Shown here one piece after another: positions 8,833-18,455 of a DNA stretch of 64,000 bases. Both the position numbers and the translations under genes were made by a program. The stretch is from the IMG/VR virus record IMGVR_UViG_3300034072_002211, positions 213,445-277,444 of that record. One strand, 5' to 3'. The stretch's first letter is position 1. Every line of letters starts with the position of its first letter. The notes beneath the pieces were generated by a model. The model was not told the DNA's origin, made no database searches, and was given only the letters and a program-made list of their open reading frames with translations.

Positions 8833-9126
8833 TTATGCGGTTTGGTTAGCAGGTTGTGACTTTGCGTCAACCGCTTCGTTGAGAACAGCGCGGAACTTCA
8901 TGAAGTCCTCGCCGATGTTGTCACCGAGCAACCCCTTAGCGATCTCCGCCAAGTTGCTGCCCTGAACGTTGGGAGCAAGAGTGAGCACCTTGCTCATGCG
9001 GCCCCACTGGATCGGCGCAACGCTGGCAAAGTGACCCCGATATTTGAGGTAGCCGAGGACGCTGGGGTCCAGTTGCTCCCTGAGGGCCCACTCGAACCAC
9101 TCGTTGAAGTCTGCTTCGATACGCAT
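8833..9126 (-). CDS. hypothetical protein
   Basis: GGAGG RBS before ATG 9126. Confidence 0.65.
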   Translation of the reverse strand: MRIEADFNEWFEWALREQLDPSVLGYLKYRGHFASVAPIQWGRMSKVLTLAPNVQGSNLAEIAKGLLGDNIGEDFMKFRAVLNEAVDAKSQPANQTA

Positions 9127-9136
9127 GGAGCCTCCC

Positions 9137-9598
9137 TTATTCCGAAACCCAGCCGCCGGCCACAAAGCGCGTCTTCGTTGCCTTTGCTGCCTGGGCGGCC
9201 TCGATCTTCTTGACCTTCTCGGCTGCGCGGTCACGGCGCGCCGTCAGGGTGCGGATAACGCTGGGAGCCTTCTTCTCGCGCTGCGCTGCCCAGAGGATGT
9301 TACCGGCCTCACGGACCTTCTCGCGCGCTGCGAGCAGTGGCTTCGTTTCGCGAATGACCTTGACCTGGGCCAAGTAGCCGTCATTCTTTTCCTTGTTCTC
9401 GAGGAACTTCTCGAAATCTTCGACCGAGTTGAACACGGTGTTGACGAAACGCAGGCTACCCAGCATCCCGTAGGAGCCGCTGTAGGAGTGGCCGTTCTCA
9501 TAACGGTCCTGCTCGGCGCGCTTGTCGAAGTCCTTGCGGGCCTGCTCGACCGTCTTGATCGAGTCCTTGAAGCCGATGATCTGGAGGTTAGCGCCCAT
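9137..9598 (-). CDS. hypothetical protein
   Basis: Promoter/RBS cassette, strong codon bias. Confidence 0.75.
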   Translation of the reverse strand: MGANLQIIGFKDSIKTVEQARKDFDKRAEQDRYENGHSYSGSYGMLGSLRFVNTVFNSVEDFEKFLENKEKNDGYLAQVKVIRETKPLLAAREKVREAGNILWAAQREKKAPSVIRTLTARRDRAAEKVKKIEAAQAAKATKTRFVAGGWVSE

Positions 9599-9670
9599 TT
9601 CCGATCTCCTGTCTGCGTTTCCGTATCACCAGTTCTATAGCAAACTGGTGAGCAGTCAACCAGAATCTGG

Positions 9671-9955
9671 TTAGGCGGCCAACTTTTCTGGGGCGAAGAT
9701 CATCCATTCAGGGGATCTGACCATTTCACCCTTGATGGGCTCGAACACGATTTCCCGCAGCACGTCGTCGAAGCGCACATTGAAGCGCCGATCCTTGCTG
9801 TCGCTGTCCCTGATGATCTCGAGGGTTTTGCGGGCGCGTTCGATGTTGGCGAGGTTGCGCGCATTGAGACGCAATTCGATCCCACAGGAGCCGTAGACGA
9901 GAGCCAGATTGGACTCGAGAAAATAGATGTCACCTGCGGCGGTGCTAACGTCCAT
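9671..9955 (-). CDS. hypothetical protein
   Basis: GGAGATC RBS before ATG 9955. Confidence 0.65.
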   Translation of the reverse strand: MDVSTAAGDIYFLESNLALVYGSCGIELRLNARNLANIERARKTLEIIRDSDSKDRRFNVRFDDVLREIVFEPIKGEMVRSPEWMIFAPEKLAA

Positions 9956-10016
9956 TGCCGATCTCCTAGTTATTGCCCACCAATTTAATACAAAGAGGTG
10001 AGGTGTCAACCAGAAA

Positions 10017-10256
10017 TCAATCCTCTATGGGACGAAGCGCGTTGGCTTGTTCGGCGAGGTTCTCAGCGCCCCGCTGGGTCCAGAGAGCAAGCTTGAGCAG
10101 CTTGTCGAACGGTTCCCCGCCCATGCTGTCTATGACGCCGGGCGGCATGTCTCGCAAGCGCGCAAGCACCGAGCCATCAGGCTCAAGGAACAGGTCGATT
10201 GATGCCGCGAACTTACCCTGCGGTTGAGGAAATTGAATGATTTTTGCCACGCTCAC
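10017..10256 (-). CDS. hypothetical protein
   Basis: ORF in operon. Confidence 0.6.
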   Translation of the reverse strand: MSVAKIIQFPQPQGKFAASIDLFLEPDGSVLARLRDMPPGVIDSMGGEPFDKLLKLALWTQRGAENLAEQANALRPIED

Positions 10257-10506
10257 GTGCCTTCTGATCTTCTTCGACTGCGATCACGATAGCGTGGTAG
10301 AGAAACTTCTCCAAGCCCTCGCGTGGAGCATCTTGGAAGCCAGTGCTGATCGCGTCTTTGACTTCCTGCGGGATACCATCCTCGCCGAACTTGGCGCCCT
10401 TTGCGACCCAAGCCCCATAGTCGATCTGAGCGATAGCAGCTTCGATCAGCTCACTGTCAGGCTTGTCTCGGAAGCCCTCGAGGAGAGGATGGTCTCGGTA
10501 GTTCAC
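10213..10506 (-). CDS. hypothetical protein
   Basis: ORF in operon. Confidence 0.6.
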   Translation of the reverse strand: MNYRDHPLLEGFRDKPDSELIEAAIAQIDYGAWVAKGAKFGEDGIPQEVKDAISTGFQDAPREGLEKFLYHAIVIAVEEDQKARERGKNHSISSTAG

Positions 10507-10775
10507 TCTTCTTCCTCGTCCTCGTCGTCAGCATCGACGCTGAACTCGATATCGCGGTTGAGGTCCTCGAGCTGCTGGTGGATGTCGCCCGCTGCCGAGA
10601 ACTCCCGATCATGCTCCGAGGATTCACCCTCAAACTCAAGGTCGCGCATTTCACCCGAGACGCCGCCGCTGCCGCACATATCGTAGCCGGCCTCGTTCAT
10701 GATCTTCTCGATCGCGTCTTCCAGGACTTCGTCGGGTTCCTGTCCTTCGGTGAGCGGATACTGGATCAGAATCAT
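10503..10775 (-). CDS. highly acidic hypothetical protein
   Basis: GGAGG RBS; D/E-rich with EDEEEE tail. Confidence 0.7.
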   Translation of the reverse strand: MILIQYPLTEGQEPDEVLEDAIEKIMNEAGYDMCGSGGVSGEMRDLEFEGESSEHDREFSAAGDIHQQLEDLNRDIEFSVDADDEDEEEE

Positions 10776-10831
10776 TGGTGCCTCCTTTGTTAAACTCTGG
10801 ATAGCACCAATGTTCTAAGCGTCAACCGCTA

Positions 10832-11464
10832 TCAGACTAGATCCCAGTCGGGATCCTTGACGTCCTGACGGGCATCGAAACGTGCGAACATGGCGCGCAT
10901 GTCCTCGTAGAGCTTGGGATCGCCCTTGGTGAAGCCGACCCACTGCTCCTTCTTCTCCTGGACCCACTTGACCGCGAAGCCAGGATCCTGCGCGACGATG
11001 CTGGGCATGTTGGACTTCATATCCGCCAGCTTGACCGTCTGCTGCTCAGGTTCAGCGAGCCAGGAATGCTCCTTGTCCATGTTCTTTCGGAACTTGCGGT
11101 TGCCATCCTCGGGCTTCGAGACGTCAGTGACCTGATAGACGCCGGCGACGACCTTCTGGGCCACTTCGCTGCCGAATTCTGCGAATGCCGCACCCACATC
11201 GCTGAGCGTCTTGTGAGTGTCCTCGACCACATCGTGGCAGATGGCGACTGCCACCGTGATCGCATCACCGTGGATCGACCGTGCGACCATCTTGGCCACC
11301 TGGATCGGGTGAACCATGTAGGGCGCCTTGCTATACTTGCGGCGCTGCCCACCCAGCACAGGGTCAGGCTTCAGCGCATGGTTCTCATGCGCGTCTGTGG
11401 CGAACTCGATTGCCCGCAGGACAATCGGATCCTTCATCACGTCATAGGTTGCTTCTTCTGTCAT
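10832..11464 (-). CDS. HD-domain small alarmone hydrolase, Mesh1/SpoT-hydrolase-like
   Basis: AIEFATDAH, RK...PYMVHP, HDVVEDT, VKLADMKSN; no synthetase domain. Confidence 0.85.
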   Translation of the reverse strand: MTEEATYDVMKDPIVLRAIEFATDAHENHALKPDPVLGGQRRKYSKAPYMVHPIQVAKMVARSIHGDAITVAVAICHDVVEDTHKTLSDVGAAFAEFGSEVAQKVVAGVYQVTDVSKPEDGNRKFRKNMDKEHSWLAEPEQQTVKLADMKSNMPSIVAQDPGFAVKWVQEKKEQWVGFTKGDPKLYEDMRAMFARFDARQDVKDPDWDLV

Positions 11465-11504
11465 ACCCGTGCTCTAACACAGGCAAACCAGAAGTCAACA
11501 CCAA

Positions 11505-12167
11505 TTAGATTGTGACGAGGATACGCTCGGGATCAGTCTCGAGGATGGTGCGTTCCAGATCCAAGTTCGCACGGGCATGATGAACCAGCGCCTTGGCCTG
11601 GTGCGTGTAGAACATCGTGTCCGGGTCTACCGTGCTCAGGAAGTGTAGACGACCCGTCAAGTAGGCGTCACGTCCAAAGCTATGGTATTCACGCCAGATG
11701 TTGCGCGCATACTCAAGATAATGTTCGTCCGGACAAAGGAAGATGCTCATGTCCGCGTCGCTCATGATCCTGAAGCTGAGCGTAGCATTCTCCTCGACCT
11801 TGTGCTTGGCCGTCATGCGGATCAGCTCTGCGACTTCTTTGACCTTGAGGCTCTTGTGTCGGTGGAGACTGCGGGTCATCGCGTAGGTTTCCCACACGAT
11901 TGCGCTCTCTTCCTCGTTGAGCTTGCTCTTCACATTGTAGATGACGTCATGGTAGATCAGCGCCAGAATAACAAGCGGCTGAAATCCATAATGTCGGCGC
12001 ACGAACAGGCACGTTTCGTAGATGTGCTGCCACGTATGATAGTGGCGATCGGGACCCTTGTAGATGGTCCTGATACGCTTGAATTCACGCCAGTCAGGCC
12101 AAAGGCCTAGCGCACGGTGCGCTAGGAACCATTCCTTGGCAAGAAAGATGTCGTGTTTCAGGCTCAT
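11505..12167 (-). CDS. HD-superfamily metal-dependent phosphohydrolase
   Basis: RHYHT..H, YHDVIY, NEEESA, DADMS. Confidence 0.8.
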   Translation of the reverse strand: MSLKHDIFLAKEWFLAHRALGLWPDWREFKRIRTIYKGPDRHYHTWQHIYETCLFVRRHYGFQPLVILALIYHDVIYNVKSKLNEEESAIVWETYAMTRSLHRHKSLKVKEVAELIRMTAKHKVEENATLSFRIMSDADMSIFLCPDEHYLEYARNIWREYHSFGRDAYLTGRLHFLSTVDPDTMFYTHQAKALVHHARANLDLERTILETDPERILVTI

Positions 12168-12190
12168 TACATCATCGTAAAGCTTTTTGT

Positions 12191-13885
12191 CTAAGCGTCA
12201 ACCTGTTCGTATTGACGTAACAGCGCAATGGTGTTTCTGAGCCCGTAAGCCACTGTGAAAGCACCGAAACGTGGCCCATCGCTTGAACCCAAGAGACATT
12301 CGTAGAGAGCTTGGAACCATGACCGCAACGGCTCAAACTCATGCTTCTTGCCGACCTCATAGACCTGATACTGATAATGCTCGGCGGTCATGTTTTCGAG
12401 CATCAGAGAGAAACGGGTCGCAAGCTCACTGAATGCTGCCCGCTCCTTCTCGGTGGGTTCTCGGCGAGAACGCTCAAACAGCCCCTTGTCGGTTGCGTAG
12501 GCGATGACCTTGGGAGCCATTTCCCGCGCATAAGCCGCGGTCGCGTCGGCGAACTCACGACCCTGCATCAAGTAAGCGAGCAGGTTCTCTGGCTGCTTGG
12601 CCTGAGCCACAACAGCCAAGTTGAGCATGAGTCCATGGGAGATGTCAGAGCTCAGTGGCTCAGGCAATTCCACGCGGAAGTGCCACGTGGCGTCATCGGG
12701 CGTCGTCTCAGCCTTCTGCCGCAACTTGACATACTGGTCTTCCAGCTGGGGCACGATCTCTCTGTAGAGCTTCTTTGCCGCGCGTGGGTTCTGAAACATG
12801 AACAGCATCAGGGAGCCAGTCGACCCATAGGTCAACCACTGCTCGACCGTAAAGCCGTTGCCCTTGCTCTTGCTGATCTTTGCGCCGTTTTCGTCCAGGA
12901 ACAGTTCATAGGTCAGGTTGAGCGGAGGGGTTCCGCCGAGGATCCGACAGATCTGGTTGGAAGCCTTGACGCTGTCAATGAGGTCCTTGCCAGACATCTC
13001 ATAGTCCACGTCAAAGTAGACCCAGCGCATCGCCCAGTCGACCTTCCACTGAAGCTTGGCATTGCCGTTGTGGCTCATCTGGCCACAGTGCTCACCGTCG
13101 TCCGTGACCCAGCCGATGTATCCACGTGCGCCAGTTGCCTCGGCCTTGACCTGCAGAACAGGGCCCTTGCCACACCAACGCGGCATAAACGGACTGTAGG
13201 TCGCCTTGCGATCATCCCCCAGCGTGGCGAGCATGATCTCCTGAATCTTGTCGAAGTTGTCCCAGACGCGGTTCAGCATCTCGTTGAACTTGCCGGACTT
13301 GTAATAGCGCGAGGAGCTCACAAAGCTCACAGTGCTGCGGTCGGGCGATGCTCCCACTTGGCCGCCATTGTAGTCCTTGAGGATGCGATCCACAAACTCG
13401 CAGAGCTTGTCGTTGTTGGCTTCGGCAAAGGTCATGGGATCAACCATGACTTGCGTGACACCCGGATCGTTGGAATAGGGCGAAGGAACCTCACTGAGCG
13501 GCAGGCCCAGATACTCGTTCATCCACTCGGGCATGTCGTCAGGGACCTTACGCATTGCGTCATAGTCATCCGAGAACATGATCAGACGGGTCTTGTAGGC
13601 GTTCTGCGTGAGCTCATTGAAAGCGCGCATCACCCAGAGGGTGCGGACCACCTCACCAAAGGTGCCGATATGCGGAGCGCCCGAGGGACCATAGCCGGTC
13701 TCAAAGGTCACCACATCACCAGGCTTCTTGCCCTTCTTCTCGATATGAGCGAGAAGGCTGCGGGCCTCCTGGAAGGGCCAAGACTTTGCCTGGTCGAAAA
13801 TGGTAGCCTCCTTTGCCTGCTCTGCTTTGATGGCACGGATCCGCTCGATGAGGGCTTCCTCTTCCCAGCGGTTCATCATAGCCAT
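12191..13885 (-). CDS. lysS: lysyl-tRNA synthetase, class I
   Basis: GYGPSGAPHIGT HIGH, KLQWKVDWAMRW, KISKSKGN, GPRFG. Confidence 0.95.
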   Translation of the reverse strand: MAMMNRWEEEALIERIRAIKAEQAKEATIFDQAKSWPFQEARSLLAHIEKKGKKPGDVVTFETGYGPSGAPHIGTFGEVVRTLWVMRAFNELTQNAYKTRLIMFSDDYDAMRKVPDDMPEWMNEYLGLPLSEVPSPYSNDPGVTQVMVDPMTFAEANNDKLCEFVDRILKDYNGGQVGASPDRSTVSFVSSSRYYKSGKFNEMLNRVWDNFDKIQEIMLATLGDDRKATYSPFMPRWCGKGPVLQVKAEATGARGYIGWVTDDGEHCGQMSHNGNAKLQWKVDWAMRWVYFDVDYEMSGKDLIDSVKASNQICRILGGTPPLNLTYELFLDENGAKISKSKGNGFTVEQWLTYGSTGSLMLFMFQNPRAAKKLYREIVPQLEDQYVKLRQKAETTPDDATWHFRVELPEPLSSDISHGLMLNLAVVAQAKQPENLLAYLMQGREFADATAAYAREMAPKVIAYATDKGLFERSRREPTEKERAAFSELATRFSLMLENMTAEHYQYQVYEVGKKHEFEPLRSWFQALYECLLGSSDGPRFGAFTVAYGLRNTIALLRQYEQVDA

Positions 13886-13931
13886 CCTCCTTTGGGGCTA
13901 GACTACAGCCTAGCCCCACGGAGTCAACCAA

Positions 13932-14357
13932 TTAGAAGATCTCGCCGGCGAAGATGCTGCGCGGGTTCGTGGGGTTGGGCTTGGGCTCTTCCCACTTCGT
14001 GAAGGGAAGGTGGACTCCGCGCTCCTTGAGGTAAACGCAGAAGTCGAAATCACAGTATTGCGGATAGAGCCGCTTGTTGGGAACCAGCTCGTCGAGCGAC
14101 TCGATACCGTCGCCTGAAACGTCCGCCTTGCGGATGCTCGTTTCCGGCTTGTCCAGGTTGTTCCGGTAGACGTAGATGTAGATGTGACCGTAGTGGTCCT
14201 GGAAGACGTGGTGCGTCTCACGGTCGCAGGTGTAACCGTAAAGGAGCGTCTTGGGATCGCGAGTCGCGTTCGATGTGTAGTCCTTGGCCTGGAGATAGAT
14301 GGCCGTGCGGACCGTTTCCTCATGCCGCGTCAGCGCCTCGAGCTGCTTCTGATCCAT
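13932..14357 (-). CDS. hypothetical protein
   Basis: Promoter/RBS cassette. Confidence 0.75.
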   Translation of the reverse strand: MDQKQLEALTRHEETVRTAIYLQAKDYTSNATRDPKTLLYGYTCDRETHHVFQDHYGHIYIYVYRNNLDKPETSIRKADVSGDGIESLDELVPNKRLYPQYCDFDFCVYLKERGVHLPFTKWEEPKPNPTNPRSIFAGEIF

Positions 14358-14414
14358 TTTCGATCTCCTGTTTTCGTTTCCGATAACCAGGTGATAGCAG
14401 AAACTGGTGAGGCG

Positions 14415-14870
14415 TCAACCTAAAACCTGAACTCTTTTCTTGCCCCGCTTCATGCGCTTCTTGAGCACCTTGTTGACCAGCTCATGGTCAGGCTTTTGGC
14501 GCAGCGCCTTGGGGTCGAGGTTCAGGTCAGGCCACTTGTCCACCTTGCGCTCCATCTGTCGAGCGGTGCGCTTCAAATAGCCACGAGCCACGATGATGGT
14601 GCGATTATATTCCGCAATGCTCTTATAGTTGCGGCGAACATTCTCGGGATCGGGCTTTGCGTTGGGGAAACGAAGCCGCCTTTCCTCTGACTGATGAGTG
14701 TAGGTGCGATCCTTCTCCAAGCGGTCAAAATACCGCTTCATGGAAAAGTGCTCAGCAAGCTTCTGCATCATGGCCATGACCTTGGCCTGAGCATTCTCAA
14801 CGCCAGCTTCGTTTAGCGCCTCGATGATCAGAAGTGGATTGCAGTAAATCTGGTGTAGCGTGGGGCGCAT
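14415..14870 (-). CDS. hypothetical basic protein
   Basis: ORF coupled to upstream stop. Confidence 0.6.
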   Translation of the reverse strand: MRPTLHQIYCNPLLIIEALNEAGVENAQAKVMAMMQKLAEHFSMKRYFDRLEKDRTYTHQSEERRLRFPNAKPDPENVRRNYKSIAEYNRTIIVARGYLKRTARQMERKVDKWPDLNLDPKALRQKPDHELVNKVLKKRMKRGKKRVQVLG

Positions 14871-15166
14871 TACTCAACTCGGGTCAGGATGCCAAAGACA
14901 TTCTTTCGAGGAGTCCACCCATTCACATGACCATGGTTGTTGGAGATCTGATATTGATCAGGCCTCACACCGGTCACGAGATGTAGGTATTGAGCACCGC
15001 GCACCTTACAGAGCACGATGTCACCCTTCTGTGGATCTCGATCTAGTGGTGCGATAGTGCAGAGTTGGCCTGACGAGATCCTTCCCGTCATGCTATTGCC
15101 CTTGGGCCGACACTGGACCGTCTTGCCTTCTTGAAGTTCTTTGATAAGATGTGTGGCCCAACTCAT
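14870..15166 (-). CDS. S24/S26 peptidase-fold protein
   Basis: GNSM, GDIVLC, YLHLV. Confidence 0.7.
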   Translation of the reverse strand: MSWATHLIKELQEGKTVQCRPKGNSMTGRISSGQLCTIAPLDRDPQKGDIVLCKVRGAQYLHLVTGVRPDQYQISNNHGHVNGWTPRKNVFGILTRVE

Positions 15167-15306
15167 AGATCCACGTTACAGATCCTTGTCTGTCTTGTCA
15201 ACTTTGGATCGGGAGACATCTTTGGCTCTCACCTGTAATCCTTTTTATTGAGGAACCGTAACCAGATTCTGTATAAAGGTGGTTAGATATCACAGACGGA
15301 AACCAT

Positions 15307-16239
15307 ATGCTCGTTGCACCAAAGCAACTCGACACTAGCAAAGACATAAAGATGAAAGGAGGAAAGATCCTCCTGGTTTCTGGTGATGTCTTGACCCCTA
15401 GTCTAAGCTTCACGGATGATCCGTCGACTGGCTTCTACAAAACGTCGTCTGTTGCTTTGGGATATGCTTATCAAGGGAACAGCATTCTAAGCATTGGAAC
15501 CAACGGGGTCACCAGTGGTTCGTTCAGCGGCTCACTGAGTGGTAATGCTTCCACTTCAACCAAGTTGGCCACTCCTCGGACCCTAACTTGGTCTGGTGAT
15601 GCGAGTGGATCACTGACCTTCGATGGTTCAGCAAATGCTACCGCTACCCTTACTTTGGCTAATTCTGGCGTGGCCGCTGGCACATATTCTACCGTCACTG
15701 TAGATGCTAAGGGACGGGTCACTGGCGGCTCAAAGTCTGCCTATCGTTCCTCAATTTTATTTGCTGGTAACTTCTTCTCTCCCAACAATACAGATTGGGT
15801 TTGTCCCAATCTGGCTCCTGCTAGTGCGGATCCGGCCTCTCCTTCTTTGAACGTGAGAGCATTTGATGACACCATGGAGACAGGTGTTGGATTCTACCAA
15901 TATATCCCACCACTGGCTACCACGCTGACGTTGGTCATCAAGGCTCGTCCTACAACCAATCCTAGTAGTTCTACCAAGTCAGTTATGCGCCTCTATCATA
16001 GAGCAATTCCGGATGGCACGGCCATGCCAGCGTGGTCTGCTCCTATTCAGCTAACTGACTTGAGCTTCCCGTCTGGCGTGAATTATTATAAGACCTTCAC
16101 CCAGACAATATCATTGGCTTCAGGCGGATGGGCCCCAGGGAACACCTATTTGTTTGAACTAACTCGTTTTGGCAGTTCAACAGCTGATACTTTGCTGGGA
16201 GATCTTTTGATCATTGAAGTTCAGGCTATTTGGTCATGA
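15307..16239 (+). CDS. tail fibre / virion protein
   Basis: TPRTLTWSGDASGSLTFDGSAN and GTYSTVTVDAKGRVT tail-fibre repeats; S/T/G-rich. Confidence 0.7.
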   Translation: MLVAPKQLDTSKDIKMKGGKILLVSGDVLTPSLSFTDDPSTGFYKTSSVALGYAYQGNSILSIGTNGVTSGSFSGSLSGNASTSTKLATPRTLTWSGDASGSLTFDGSANATATLTLANSGVAAGTYSTVTVDAKGRVTGGSKSAYRSSILFAGNFFSPNNTDWVCPNLAPASADPASPSLNVRAFDDTMETGVGFYQYIPPLATTLTLVIKARPTTNPSSSTKSVMRLYHRAIPDGTAMPAWSAPIQLTDLSFPSGVNYYKTFTQTISLASGGWAPGNTYLFELTRFGSSTADTLLGDLLIIEVQAIWS

Positions 16240-16940
16240 CGGTTCTTTTCAATGGCAGCAATCAATATCTAACTCTGGATACCTCTAGTATTCTAGACTT
16301 GAGAGATTTCACGCTGACTTGTTGGATTAATCAAGCCACTGTCACATCGAGCACTAGGGTTGTTTTTGCCAGCAATTCAGCAGAAAACAACTATCAAGCG
16401 CCAATAGCTTTTTACATCCAGAACGGTCGACTAGGCCTCCAGATTACCAGGACTAGAACTATCCTTTGGTTTTGGACTATTACAGAAACGGATACTCTTC
16501 TGGGTAATGCTACGATCCCTGTGAATCACTGGACCCATGTTGCTGCGTCATATGACGGTAATACGATGAGAGTTTTCGTAGATGGTGTGCCTGACGGAAG
16601 TCTGGTATCTGGTTACCAGCCAATAACAGGCAACATCAATGCTACCGTGGGGGCAGACTTGACAGGGTCTTCTTCGGCGCAGGGTTTTTGGAGTGGCCAG
16701 CTGGCTGACTTCCGTCTTTATAATCGAGAGCTACATCCTGGGGAGATCAAGACCATTGCCACTTTGGGTGGGGCTGATGAGATCCTCTATGGACTCCGGG
16801 GACGCTGGGGAATGAATGAAGGGGTAGCTAACTCTACGGTGTCTTCTGGCGTTCTAGATTACAGTATCAACAGAAACAAGGCAAACGCAAGAAACAATCC
16901 CAAGTTTCTTCCTGGTGTCTACGCGAATGGTGAGGACTAA
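16236..16940 (+). CDS. LamG/concanavalin-A-like jelly-roll protein
   Basis: FTLTCWI, WTHVAASYDG..MRVFVDG, GQLADFRLYNREL. Confidence 0.85.
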   Translation: MTVLFNGSNQYLTLDTSSILDLRDFTLTCWINQATVTSSTRVVFASNSAENNYQAPIAFYIQNGRLGLQITRTRTILWFWTITETDTLLGNATIPVNHWTHVAASYDGNTMRVFVDGVPDGSLVSGYQPITGNINATVGADLTGSSSAQGFWSGQLADFRLYNRELHPGEIKTIATLGGADEILYGLRGRWGMNEGVANSTVSSGVLDYSINRNKANARNNPKFLPGVYANGED

Positions 16941-17518
16941 TGGCTGCAGTATTCAACCGAACGACAAAACAATACCTGATATCAGTTAACACTCCAGATT
17001 ATAGCCCAAGTGAGTGGTTGATTAACCCTGACATCACTCCAGTTCGAGGCCATGATCCTCGAGTCTGGGTCATCAATCCGGATGACACTTTGCGGCTCAT
17101 GACCGATGCTGAAATGGATGCTGAGTTCCTAGAGGGATATAAGCTCACATGGTCTAACAAGGTCAATGAACACCGGGAACGAGTTATTGGTAATGGTATG
17201 TGGTATATGGGTTATCTCTTTGATACTGATAATACTGCTCGAGACAATATCGTGGCAACAGTGAGCGCAATCAATGCGGGCATGGTGTTGCCTCCTGATT
17301 TTGTGTGGCGTGATGGATCAAATCACAACGTGCCTATGACTGCCCAGCAGGTAACAACTATGGGTATTATGATGCTAGGTTACATCAATCAGATTTATGC
17401 TCATTCCTGGACTCTGAAGGCTCAGATCTCTGCTTGCGCTACTCGTGCGGAAGTCAGGGCTATTGACGTCACACTGGGCTGGCCTTCCAACAACGTAGAC
17501 GGTTCGCAACCTACTTGA
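16940..17518 (+). CDS. tail fibre assembly protein, DUF4376-like
   Basis: FDTD...DNI, WRDGSNHNVPMTAQQV, AHSWTLKAQI. Confidence 0.7.
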   Translation: MAAVFNRTTKQYLISVNTPDYSPSEWLINPDITPVRGHDPRVWVINPDDTLRLMTDAEMDAEFLEGYKLTWSNKVNEHRERVIGNGMWYMGYLFDTDNTARDNIVATVSAINAGMVLPPDFVWRDGSNHNVPMTAQQVTTMGIMMLGYINQIYAHSWTLKAQISACATRAEVRAIDVTLGWPSNNVDGSQPT

Positions 17519-17557
17519 CTGTCAATAAATATGGCTGGATCCTAATGGAGAACAGCC

Positions 17558-18094
17558 ATGGCGTATGTCGTTTTTCGTTTTGTAAAACCAAACAGCTTGA
17601 CTGGAAAGTTGATCTGCTGGAGACTGGGAGAACCATGGAGTCATGTTGTGGTCCTCTTCGATGAAGCCGCGTTTAGCTCTGAAATTCCAAAGGTTGTAGA
17701 AAGGCCACTGATCCATAAATCAGTAGCAATGCCACCCCGCGAAGGGAGAGATGTTATCCTTGAAGTCACTACTTCCGATTATGAAAAGATGAAAGATTGG
17801 TGTGAGTCCCAGCTTGGAAAGACCTACGACTTTGCAAGCATTCTCGGATGGCTTTTTGGATGGTCTTGGCTACAATGTCGCAAGAACACCTATTGTTTTG
17901 AATATGTGAGAGAATGTCTAGAGCACATGGGTTGGCTCAAGCCCAATGACGCTTTGATCAAAGGCAATCGTCTAATTCAAGACATTGAAGCTCTTATTGA
18001 AACCCATGTGACCTCACAGGCCCAATCTCAGATTATGGGCATTGGCTCAACTGTTGATACCCGTGACGATGATCAGACAGACAAGGCAGGATAA
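17558..18094 (+). CDS. permuted papain-like amidase, YaeF/YiiX-like
   Basis: WSHV His, GKTYDF, YCFEYV Cys after His. Confidence 0.65.
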   Translation: MAYVVFRFVKPNSLTGKLICWRLGEPWSHVVVLFDEAAFSSEIPKVVERPLIHKSVAMPPREGRDVILEVTTSDYEKMKDWCESQLGKTYDFASILGWLFGWSWLQCRKNTYCFEYVRECLEHMGWLKPNDALIKGNRLIQDIEALIETHVTSQAQSQIMGIGSTVDTRDDDQTDKAG

Positions 18095-18182
18095 GAGAAA
18101 CAGCTTCTCCCATCCCGCCAGTTTTTCTATGGGCTCAGGAAGTCTCATGCTGCGAAGTTTTGCGACGCAGCATGAGGTCCAG

Positions 18183-18455
18183 TCAAATGGTTATTGTGAT
18201 GTCCCGCTTGATGGGATCTTTGACCATGTATGAGACGGAGTGAATCTCGATCTCCCGATGGAAGTTCTCTTCCAAGCGGTGGAGATTCTCTTGCGCCATC
18301 TCACATGCCAGCGACGTGGTAACGCCGCCGCGGGTGCGAATGCCCTTGTAGCTGGATCCCTTGGTCACAGTCTTGGTCCAGCGACCCAGCCGAAAGTTCC
18401 AGACTTCGTTGTTCCTGACGTCAATGACGACGTAGCGGGGAATAGGCTGGGTCAT
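18183..18455 (-). CDS. hypothetical protein
   Basis: ORF in operon. Confidence 0.6.
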   Translation of the reverse strand: MTQPIPRYVVIDVRNNEVWNFRLGRWTKTVTKGSSYKGIRTRGGVTTSLACEMAQENLHRLEENFHREIEIHSVSYMVKDPIKRDITITI

